A DNA stretch of 62,957 nucleotides, counting the filler, from Perkinsus chesapeaki ATCC PRA-425 (taxonomy: Eukaryota; Protista; Perkinsozoa): the NCBI GenBank assembly GCA_013115145.1. It is 8 parts of 8 records of this genome, joined end to end, with 100 filler letters (N's around TTAATTAATTAA, not from the genome) between each part and the next. Parts side by side here need not be neighbours in the genome. Positions count along the whole stretch, not along the records: positions 34,779 to 39,022 come from JAAPAO010001288.1; positions 39,123 to 41,981 come from JAAPAO010001509.1; positions 42,082 to 45,447 come from JAAPAO010001421.1; positions 45,548 to 53,861 come from JAAPAO010000981.1; 4 more parts are not named here. One strand, 5' to 3'. Each line of letters starts with the position of its first letter. Within the stretch, counting starts at the first letter, position 1. Shown here in pieces: positions 37,474-48,204 of the stretch. Below the pieces are notes generated by a model. That model made no database searches and was not told where the DNA came from. It saw only the letters and a list, made by a program, of their open reading frames with translations. Both the position numbers and the translations under genes were made by a program.

Positions 37474-38628
37474 CTATTGCTTACCACTCTTCTTATTTCC
37501 ATTATTAGCAGAATGTCCAGTACCGCGCGCATCAGCGCTCCCTTCATTTTTAGTCTCATACTGCGAAGGCTTCGAATACGGACTTGGACCACTGGCCTGC
37601 CTCACTTTCGCCGTCAGATCATGAGAATACTTGCAATTAACACCATAGGTACAACGACCTTTGATATAGTGTTTGCACACACCAGGCGGAAACTTGTAAG
37701 GGGTGCCCAAAGCATGAGACTGAGTACTAGCAGGACCTCGCATAATAGCCGAATGGTTCGCTAGCGCTTGAGCAGACGCCATAATACTAGGATTAACATC
37801 AGTTCGGAATCCGTCGCTCAAAGATACAGAACGCTGGCTAATTCTCAAGGCCAATTGGTCTCTGTACTGACGGTCATATTGAATGATGCCAGTAACAGTT
37901 AGAGGCACAGCGTTGTCATATAATCTCTTCCAGTAAGCCAACAGGTCATAGAAGCTCACACCAGGAACATACCCCGGGCTGTTGGGATCTTTACCATCAT
38001 TTGTCAGGGGATGGAAAACGGACATTGTCTGGGCAAAACGTAAAAAACAGCAAGTAAAGTCTGTAAAACTAGTTATCTTCTTCAAATCAGCATCACGATC
38101 GAAAACGATGTTACCAGTTTTACCGCATGCCCTAAGAGGGATGCTACCTTCGCTTAAACTGCCGTTGCTTCCAATAGAGCGCATGTCCCGTAGAGGGTGA
38201 AACTCGCGCATGTCGATATTCACGGCGGAGTGGACCTTCATCATGCGATTCAGCGTTGCTGGGTTAGCTGGAAGCATGCTCGCTTCAGGAAGGTTACCAA
38301 ACTTTTGCCCCGCTTTAATAAGCAAATCACCAAAATCAGGGGTTGGATCTTGACGAGGGGAAACATTATCACACTGTTGGAGAGCTCGGTCAAAAATCGC
38401 ATTAAGAACGCACACCTCAGGCAGCTCTAATTTTGCCTCAGTTGCGACTTTAGTACGCAAATCTTCACGGCGAGCAATAGCCTGCACCATCTCCAAGGAA
38501 GTGAGCTTGTTCATTGTGAGGACAGGAGCAATCTTAGTGACAGCAGTCTGGTCAAAGTCCTTCGCCAAACATAAGACCTCAGCCGGTAAAACGTCCAGCT
38601 GGGGAGATGCAGCAGCGTCGTCAGCCAT
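37474..38628 (-). CDS. gag-like ORF1 with C-x7-C-x5-C-x3-H zinc finger
   Basis: CKHYIKGRCTYGVNCKYSH; IIQYDRQYRDQLA resembles YR-element ORF1 cores. Confidence 0.8.
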   Translation of the reverse strand: MADDAAASPQLDVLPAEVLCLAKDFDQTAVTKIAPVLTMNKLTSLEMVQAIARREDLRTKVATEAKLELPEVCVLNAIFDRALQQCDNVSPRQDPTPDFGDLLIKAGQKFGNLPEASMLPANPATLNRMMKVHSAVNIDMREFHPLRDMRSIGSNGSLSEGSIPLRACGKTGNIVFDRDADLKKITSFTDFTCCFLRFAQTMSVFHPLTNDGKDPNSPGYVPGVSFYDLLAYWKRLYDNAVPLTVTGIIQYDRQYRDQLALRISQRSVSLSDGFRTDVNPSIMASAQALANHSAIMRGPASTQSHALGTPYKFPPGVCKHYIKGRCTYGVNCKYSHDLTAKVRQASGPSPYSKPSQYETKNEGSADARGTGHSANNGNKKSGKQ

Positions 38629-39022
38629 GTCAATAATTAAAGGAGAAGAAAAAGGGGAACAAAGGAACTAAACCAATCATCCCTTTACATTTACTTATTT
38701 ACTTAAACCAAGAACAACTAACTGACCCTAAACTCTCTAGGGCTCACACTGAATCCTTTACGGCTCATCGGCCAATAAAGAAATAATAATACTAACAGCA
38801 CATATGGCTGCCATATATGCACGCCGCGCTTCTCATGCGTGCTACGACCTGTTTTTGAACGACTTCCACATGATACAGTATCATTGATATTGGGGCGAGC
38901 GAGGATTGATTGTATCGACACAACGCATCATGCACTACGCATGTTATCACACTACAAATATTCAAGTAACACGCTCCGGACGGTAATCCCCGAGTAAACT
39001 GGGTCAACTACGTTAACCTGTA

Positions 39023-39122
39023 NNNNNNNNNNNNNNNNNNNNNNNNNNNNNNNNNNNNNNNNNNNNTTAATTAATTAANNNNNNNNNNNNNNNNNNNNNN
39101 NNNNNNNNNNNNNNNNNNNNNN
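39023..39122. other. Artificial contig spacer
   Basis: N44-TTAATTAATTAA-N44. Confidence 0.97.
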
Positions 39123-40023
39123 TTCGATCCTCCTGTCTCCATTCTCTACTTAGCCCACATTATTGCGCTCGCCATTGTGATCTATATCGCAGTCTGCGAC
39201 AAATGTGACAATCTAGTCCGATAGTCATCTTCAAGACTTCTCTTGGAGGCTCCAAATTGGAGCAACACGCTCGCATCACGATCACAAATACCAGTCCTTG
39301 CCACGACATTGAATTCGATCACTGTGGTCCTTACGAATCCAACGAGGATCGCGCGGCGCGATTCGCGCCAAGTTCGTAGCTACTGCAACTGATCTGTTTA
39401 GTGGATATATTGATGCGCGGGGTATACTAACATCGCCAACCTTATCGCAGCCTGTCGCCGCACCTTATCGTAATAGTCAACCCTGCAGTCCGTGTCCTGA
39501 TTGTGCTCCCGGTCACGTTACAGTGCCGCATAGTTTCTCCTTCAAGGCTCGAAGCTCGAGCCCAATGTTGCTCACGAAAACACAATATTCGTATTCAAAG
39601 TGAATTTGCTTAGCAAATTTTGCTATAGGCGGGAGGATGTACCGGTCTGTAGGGATCGCCAATGTTTTTCCAGAGTTCTGGTACTCCGCATCTGTTTCTG
39701 TTATCTGTCCTTCGTGCGAAGTAGACATTTCTCCACTCTCGCGTCAAGCGCTATTGTTCGTGCGTACATTGCAATTCGAATCAGTCAGTTTTCACTCACG
39801 CAGTTTCGCGAGTCATTTCTCTTCCCTTCGTCACTGCGTTGTTTAAATACCACACAACCCCCTTTGGTTCTCGAATTCCTACCCGGAAACTTCCTGGAAG
39901 ATGGCCTTGAGAAATTTACTGTGTAAACCCCGCGCATGCGCATCGATCACGTGTAACAGTCTGTTACACCCTCAAGGTCGCATCGAACGAAATTCTGTTA
40001 CTAACAGAATTTCGTGAATTCCT

Positions 40024-40962
40024 ATGACGATCTCCGCTGATATGATAGCACTTTCGAGACTATCGAAGTATATATTACACTGCTGTCTAGTTTGGTCCTT
40101 TGGAGAGTTTCGGGTCGTCTTTGGTCAACTACCATACATGGTATGGCATACCCGCCCAACGACCCCTACTTTCCGAATCAGAGAGCCCTTATCGCTCATA
40201 GGGCTCAGCCCTATTCGACTCATTGCATACCAACTCATTAATCCAATAGACCTGAAAGGCGGTCCGAGAGTCCGGGTTAGCCCGTAGGGATGTCATTGTC
40301 ACTGTTGCCGACTCAGGCGTCGCTACTAAGCAACCTGACCTCGTCACGAGGTCCTCCGAGGACCGTCCTCGTGGGCAAACTATTGGGAGGGCATGACGCT
40401 TCTGGTTCTCTATCTCCATCAGTCGAAGACATCCATGGCCATGTTACGGGAATGAGCAGTACTATCGCTGCGCGGATCAACAATTGTATAGGCATCGCTG
40501 GAATAGTTAAGATACGGCCGATTAGGCTAGTTGGGACTCCCACCGGAAACGCCACAGAAAGGCAAGTAAAAAAAGCATGGGAGATGGCGAACAAGTTCAA
40601 CGATTCTGATGTTCTAGTATATGCTGCTGGTGAGCCATTCACAAAAGACATGTCCATGATGTACAAACGAGTGATCACGGAGGCCGCGGGGGAAGTTGAG
40701 ATACCCTGTTCATCGGCGAACTCCATGCCTGGTGTGGTGTGCGTTGCTGCAACATTAACAGCAAATCCTATGGTGTTGTTGAGTGAAGCCTCTCTGTTGG
40801 CTAGCTTTGGTGTGCCTGGTACAGAAGTCATGGTAGCTGAGATGAGGAATGAAGTTGGACAGTGGCAGTATGGTAAAGGCCAAGGCTCTTCTTGTGCTAC
40901 TGCGATTTTGGTGGTATAGCAGCTCTAATCCAAAGCTTAAAGAAATTCAAACCAGATGTGAA
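40024..40962 (+). pseudogene. Subtilisin (S8) pseudogene, close paralogue of 53987-55045
   Basis: Collinear with the intact copy (MTISADM..SKYILH, KIRPIRL, PGVVCVAA, GSSCA) but with frameshifting insertions and deletions and loss of the catalytic Asp segment. Confidence 0.9.
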
Positions 40963-41981
40963 GGGCGACGTGTACATCCGGTGGCGGGCTGGGTAGGAAC
41001 TCCCTACTAGGGAGGAGGACAATTCATGTAAGATACTGTTGGATGCTGGTCCAGCATTGCTGGAATTTTCCTCGCTCACCCATTTGAAATCCAAATCCAA
41101 ATTTAAATTTGTAATATCATGTCTCGATATCATATTTGTTGAGTGTTCCAGCTTGCTCTAGCCTCAAAATTTTTAGCCTCAGATATGGATGAGAAGCTTT
41201 GGGAGAACTGTTTTATAGCAGAGAGAATGGAAGCTCTAGAGAGGAAGGTAAACATTTGATCGCGCAGCCTACATTAGTTGCCGGAGCCTCCGTCCCGGAG
41301 GGTATTTGTGTTGGCTAGTATCCCGTAAGCTTCCCATGCTTGAGGAATCATAATACCCAATTCAGTGCTACTACGTCTACTAGATTGAATCTATAGTAGA
41401 CTAGATAGCCCACTCTGCGTAGACTATCTAATGGATTCTCTTTCAACGTAGCGGAAACTATCCGCAATCTATTGGATGGAGTAGTGCTTTTACGAGCTGT
41501 AATAACTCACTGAGCTAGACTCAGATGTTATGACCTCTCGTCGACTAAGTCGATTGGTCTCAGCGAGTTAAATAAGAGTAACACGACCTCATGCCCGATA
41601 GTTTCATAGACACCGGAAGCTGCTGCAGCTCCTCACTACGACCACAGCAAAGCGTTTGCCGTGATCGCAAACCTTCAAGCTGATAAGACCTTATACAAAG
41701 GATCACTCGAATAGGCAAGCCTCGCAGGCAGGGTTGTACATTCGGGAACAATTTTTTTCTTCCCAAGAATTGTTCCAAGGAATAAATGGGAAGAAACAAA
41801 AGTTGGTATTGTTCCCGGGAACAATGTAAAAAAGGGAACGAAAAAGCCGCAGGCTTGAAATTTTTTTACGATTGTTTTTTTTGGTCAGAAATGAGGCTTA
41901 AATTGTTGTTTTGCAGCATAATTCCCACTGATGAAAAGGGTGAGATCAGTTCCTCTGCTCAGTCTGTTCAGGTTTCTCTGG

Positions 41982-42081
41982 NNNNNNNNNNNNNNNNNNN
42001 NNNNNNNNNNNNNNNNNNNNNNNNNTTAATTAATTAANNNNNNNNNNNNNNNNNNNNNNNNNNNNNNNNNNNNNNNNNNNN
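41982..42081. other. Artificial contig spacer
   Basis: N44-TTAATTAATTAA-N44. Confidence 0.97.
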
Positions 42082-45000
42082 ACTGTGGTCCTATTAGTCG
42101 CTACCTAACAAGAACGTAATTATTACCGTAGATTTTGATAGATTTTTCCGTCTAGAGACGTATCGCGCCTCGTTGCCGCGCTCGCCGGAGAAGCGTAGTG
42201 ATCTACACAATCTAACGCAGGTCGCTTCTAAGTTCTATCAATATGGATATCCGTCCTGAGAGCCGGTTTCACTTGCCGTCCTAGCAAGGATGCTCATACA
42301 CTGTGTCGCGGGTCTCGTTGAGCTGCTCGGTTTTCGAAATTAACAGTTCATCGAGCTTTTGCTAACTTGACAACGTCAGTTGTTTTTAACATAGTTACTC
42401 TGAGCTATACAGTGAGTCCGTTTTACTCTACAGTATTGGTAGACTCATTAATCGTCCCGATTAATCCGATATATCCTTGTTGTGTTGCACGGTATGCATC
42501 AGAGAGGACAAATCAATATCGGGGGAATCATGCCGAAAACGCAGCATTTCAAACGCCCATTTCTCGGGAAGATTTGTGGAACGCAAGAGTAAAATAATAA
42601 TATAGTTGAGTTATACTCCCAGTACTGGTAAATAGGAGTCCCTAACCTACGGGATAAGCTATGTAACCGAGTTCGGTTTGTTCCTGATGAGTGGCATGAG
42701 CTTGCGAATGTAGCGGCTGTGAAATCTCCTGAGATTAAGGGAGTACCGCACGCACACCCCAAATAATTTCAGACACAATGCATGAAATAAAGATATTGGA
42801 TTTGCACTACATTGAAGCACCCTCCATAGGGATATCTTCTAACTGAAGATCCATAACAAATACGATGTGTTGGTCGGGACTATCATCGCAACCGTTGCAA
42901 AACGACATACTTGACGATGACAATGTCATGACATCATTCAATAGAATGGCTTTCCAATAATTCCAGGCACATCATTTGTGCCCGATATAGGCACTTGGGG
43001 CACAAACAGCCCCTAGGTTTGCCTTGGGTCACTTGCTGCTTTGACATGGATACCCAAACCGAAACCTCTTCCCGCTCAACTTTTGGAGTGTGTTCGGGTT
43101 TCGGGTTTTAGTTATTCCTCCCGCACTCCCGTATTCGATGGGATTTTACGGGGCGAAGAACCGGATAAATCGAACTTGGAATTCTTCAATGGGATTTTCG
43201 ATGCCATAAGTTATGTATATGACATATACTATATGTCTCGTGCTAAGACATACCTTAGCCAGGCAGCCTGATCCAGGCTATATTATTGCCTGGCAAAAAT
43301 GACTGCAATGACCTTGAGGGCACTACCAAAGCAAGGAGAAGAGGGAATTGCAAGAAAAGAACATTCCCAGAATATTCTCTTGGCTTCGATCATTTTCTGC
43401 GTGTAGTCGGTTACAGTAACCAATTAACTTGGTGTATGATGAAATCGATACCTCCAGGAGGAAGGTGCTCGAACTCATAACACGAGCCACTTCTAATCAC
43501 GAAGAGCTTCAAAGGTTCAGGCGAGTCTTTGTTTCGTCTTGAGTCTACTGTTCCGTGCTGTTAACGTTTTCGCTTTCACCCCATGGCCAACGGACAAGAA
43601 CCCCAGACGCCACCCGCACAGCCGGATGCTGGACGTGGCTGATCAGCACTGCCGATCCAATCATGATTAGTCAACAGGCCGTCGCGATATGGCACATGTA
43701 CCTCAAGTCAAGATTCTCAGCAGTGTTTAAAATGTTTATCGTGCTCGCAGTGGGTTGTTTCGGGCTGAGCGAAATCGATCTTCCTACTGTGGAATTGAAC
43801 CGTGGACTTGAATATCCTACTGTTGCGAAATTGGAAGTATCATGAGGGACTGGCGAGCATTGAAAGTCCGAACGCGAAATCGAAGATCCTAACGGCGAAA
43901 TTGATTGTCCTAGTCGAGCGAACTCGACCGTACTAACTTTCCTTGTCGAACTTGAAAATCTTAACGGTGAAGTGGATCTTCCCGTTTCAGATTCGTGCGC
44001 TCAAATTCGCCCGTCGAGACGAAGTTGATGTTCTTAAGTGCGAAGTTGATGTTAAAAAGGTGTAGACGAGTCCGAAACGCGCGAGATTTCCCCGCAATGG
44101 AGTCTTTTTGACACACTTGAAGCTTATCTGCGAACAGATGCAACTTGCATCATGGAAGAGCTCGTAATCCGATCCGTGAAAGCGATGAGAACAATGGTCT
44201 TGCTATAAATTCCGGGGAGTTTAGTCTCTTCATGAGAGAATTAATAGGTGAGATCTTCGTCTGCCTTAGCGATGCAGCTGCTGCTACGAAATCAAGGAGA
44301 AACTGCAACGGTGAGAATAGGTGATAGTTGTGATCTGATACGCGGATTAAAAGTGTGTCATACAGTTTTGGTATTTGTTTTTGCACACAGCGCTACTACA
44401 AGTGAACACAAGCGACTTCCATCGCGGGTGCGCTCGACTGTGTATATGACATTCTCCGCACTAAGTTGTGCGACCTAGAGGCTTCCCGTGCTGTTTTTAA
44501 TGTCTGTCTTGTCACAAGACACAAGTGAAAATCGAGTCACAAGTCGGGGCTAGTCAGTTGAGAGACATCGGAGACACATTTTGTGAGAACGGTAGTTCCA
44601 AAATTGCGAATAAGAAACTTCGTGTAGCCTCGGGCTCCTATTTGCAAAGTTTTAATAACTGCTTCTGTAGCTTCGGTTGTAGAGATAGGACTTTATCAAG
44701 CTGGCCATGTGTATGTGTGACTCAGTGACAAGCAGTGACAACCATCATGGTTGTCCAATACGGGGATTGAACGACAATACGATATAGTGCAGATATTGTC
44801 GTTCATTGACTCAGTCAATTTGACTGCAAAGTTGTTAAGAGGCGGACGGCTTCCAGAGGGCCGACATGCTAAGATGCGAATATGACTTCTAAGAGCGATT
44901 CTGGCAGATTCTTGTTCTGGTCCGACTGAGTCATCTCAGATCTGAGATCCATCAACACTGGAATGAACGAAACTCGATAAGACTGCCAAGTGATATCAAA

Positions 45001-45447
45001 CTTGGTTGCAAATTATGAAATGTTAACCACCATTCGATGCTGCATCAATTTGTCCCTTCCTCTCAACTGCTCTATCCAACTTCGCCTTTGTGTCGTTGTC
45101 CCATGCCACAGAGTCACATTGCGGTTCGCTTCTGCTGGGCGCTAGGGACCGTCTGGGACTGGAGGGTGGCAAATCGGCCGGGAAGGCTTCCGGTGCCACT
45201 GCTCGCCCTTGCTGGCGACATTCCCTCAACCACTCAGGCCGTACTTGCGGACATCTGCAACCCGTTTGCACTAAAAAATGATCCCGAAAACACATTATAA
45301 ATTTTCCTACCTGCGGCAGAGCGTTGCAGGTCTCCAGCTAGAACGGCAACCCTCGTTTGCAGGCAATCTATCGGCACCCTATGACCGGGCCAACCAGCTG
45401 ACCGCGTCGCGCCAGTTGAGTCGATGAGAGCATCCATTTCGGACATC

Positions 45448-45547
45448 NNNNNNNNNNNNNNNNNNNNNNNNNNNNNNNNNNNNNNNNNNNNTTAATTAAT
45501 TAANNNNNNNNNNNNNNNNNNNNNNNNNNNNNNNNNNNNNNNNNNNN
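45448..45547. other. Artificial contig spacer
   Basis: N44-TTAATTAATTAA-N44. Confidence 0.97.
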
Positions 45548-45620
45548 ATTTCCTATCAAACTCCTTTCTATTATATCTCCTCCTCCATATCACTAGTAAC
45601 ATATTTCCTATCAAACTCCT
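45548..45620 (-). repeat. 55-bp-period repeat at contig end (same family as 53791-53861)
   Basis: ATTTCCTATCAAACTCCT recurs at 45548 and 45603. Confidence 0.8.
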
Positions 45621-46944
45621 ATCAAGTCCAACTCCCCTAGCACCACTTAGAATCCTAACCCGCCAAGACTCTACTCCTCTACTAGATGATCTCACCTCAT
45701 CATCCTCAATCGCCCTCCCCTGGTCAGCGCTAGCCCTTCTCTTCGCCCCCTTTTTCGCCAGCTCGTCATCCTCAAGCTTCCGCTTCATCGTTTGGTTTGT
45801 CGAAGCGCTCTTCGATTCCCTCAACCACCGAGTGAAGTGCACAAGTTCATCCGGGGAGGCGTCACGCAACATGATCTGATTTTCCAAATCGAAGGCAAAT
45901 CTCCTATTATTATCACCGTGTCACCGTTCCGGTGCATCAATGTTATTTTACCATCCGATATGAACCTGACTCGAACATATGCAGGTTGCATAATGCAGCA
46001 CTGTCGCCAGAGGCCCCGTAATCCTCTTTGTAATCCTCGCAAGCCAACTCCTTGCGCGTTGGCACAAGCCAGTCGTCCTGGCTCCCATAGGTGGTAAAGT
46101 TGCTGAGACTCCTCAGCTACAGTCCGTGACTTCTATCTTGTGCTTCGTGCTTCCCGAGGCCCATTTGGTCTCGGGTTGAAATTAACCAACCGAAGCTAGA
46201 GTTCAAGAGCAAGGATAGAAATGCGCGCCAAAGGCGGACAAATTTTTCGCAAGCCGGATGATCGAATTTCGCCTTATTTCCTTCTCGGTCCAATTCTGCG
46301 ACCTCGATTACCCATACACCGAAGTGTACGTCGGGTGGAGCTCCAGTCTTTCTTAGCGTCGTCTCCCCCTCCAGTGGAATTAAAGTCATTAAGTATTGAA
46401 TCACGAATCACTTGAATCAGTCTCGGGAAATGGACTTTGTCATCTTACCTATCCACAAGTCGACATATCTCAGACACCTGTACTGCGATTTCACGTACGA
46501 AGCCTGTCACCTCAACCCAGCATCCCGTGGGCCCGGCATTCGTCGTGTCTGACGTAATACCGAAGCAAGAAATGCGTGACATTGCTTACCTCGCCAAAAT
46601 TTAACATCTGTCACCGCTCCGGCAGTTGGGTCCCGTTTAAGCTGCTTCCCCTGGGCGGTCGTGACCGCAGCGCCACAACGGAATCTGGAGCGATTATGAC
46701 ACCACATCAGTCATGGTGGGCTACTGACCCGTTTTTCTTAATCTTCTTCTGAGCTTCCGATAGCCTCTTTGGAGGAGGAGCTCTGGCAGCCTCCTTAAGT
46801 TTGCGTTCCATCTTGAATGACGGAGATTTACCACTACTCCGGGCACCTGGACCAATACGGAAGTCCCTCGAGCCAAAGACTGCTTATACACCAACGAAGA
46901 CTTAGACCGCTAATGTTATTGTTGGGCAGGTGACCAGTACCAGG

Positions 46945-47030
46945 GCTGGTCTACTCAACGGAACAGGGAGTGCGGTAAAGCTAGCTGGTCTACTCAACCG
47001 AACAGGGAGTGCGGTAAAGCTAGCTGGTCT
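46945..47030. repeat. 39-bp tandem repeat, about 2.2 copies
   Basis: GCTGGTCTACTCAAC(G/C)GAACAGGGAGTGCGGTAAAGCTA units start at 46945, 46984 and 47023. Confidence 0.9.
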
Positions 47031-48204
47031 TCCTTTGCCAACCCTGCCGCTATGACGTGTTGATTAGCTATGACGGAGCAGCTCGTCCTGTTGCTTATCC
47101 GAACGCCGCCTCCGCCGCCGACTCGAAGAGTTGGTAGCTCTCGATAGGCTCAAACAAATGATTGAGATAAAAGAATTGATCTCAGTTTCTATAAAGAATG
47201 TGTAATACTATTCCCCTCATAATCGACTTATCTCACCAGTGGTTGTAAATCTAGGAAGCTGGACACGAGCATCTTTCACCGGCCCCCTCAGACCAGGCTG
47301 GATCACTGTGGTTAGAGCGTTCATTTGAGAGAGGAGGGAACCTGATAGGACATAGTACATAATATCATGCAAATGGGCTAGCAATATCGAATATCTTGCT
47401 CTCATACACTGTACTATTACAATATACTATAATACCAGTGTACGTACGATGGTATGCTGGGGCTCACTTTCCTACTTTTCATGGGACTTTTGCTACAGCG
47501 ATGACATTGCAAGACTGAGGAGCGACCCCGATACATATACCGTCATCAAGCAGCTGGTGGCCCACAAACGAGAATACGTACGAAGCAGTTCCTTCAACTT
47601 CTTACCTCTCCCAAGAACTTCTCTATTCTCCTTCCGAGCTTCCGCCTCCTCTTGATCGCGAGCTAGTCAACAACAAACTATCGCCATCACCAGTGGCCGC
47701 CAATCTACGGACTTATTTCTGTCAACTTCACTTCCCCTTCATCTTTCTTTTCCTTGGCCACTATCCCTTTTTTCTTCATGAACGCCCCTAACCCAACTTG
47801 CTGCTGCCCACCGCTCGACCTGGCCCCTTGCCGAGCTGCCATTGCTTTGAACTACACTGTAATGTACTGATACGAGTATGACATCCCATATCCGGAAGAA
47901 TGCAGCATAATAATACGGACAGATAATGCGCCCAGTTTCAGCGATTATCAGGCACACGTGTCCTCGCGATTCCCTTCATAGCGCACCAATATTCATTTTC
48001 CTGCATTTTTATCTTTAACTCCCACCAACTGCGTGGTGCTGCGCTAATCTTCGTAACTAACCAAGAACAGAGCGGAGTTAGAAACATTATTGAAAAACTG
48101 CTATTGATTAATATACGACAAGTGTCAAAACAATGTTACTGAAAAGTATCTCAAACGTTCATTCGAACGACCCAGGTTCGATCCTCGCAGTCGTCATCAT
48201 CCTT

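Larger units (their letters stand above)
34779..38628 (-). mobile_element. YR retrotransposon (gag with CCCH finger, RT/RNaseH, start of YR cut by spacer)
   Basis: Uninterrupted ORF1 and ORF2; downstream frame KEISTFIQNGHA resembles REVSAFCLSGYS at the YR N-terminus of the 4217-9324 element. Confidence 0.88.

Noticed and set aside
35504-38430. Plus-strand ORFs over the third YR element
   Set aside because: Antisense shadows of long ORFs, as are most short ORFs in the track
45700-46900. Degenerate minus-strand coding region
   Set aside because: Fragmented frames with no motif I can assign; likewise 25450-26350, 27500-29100, 42100-45440 and 55100-56900
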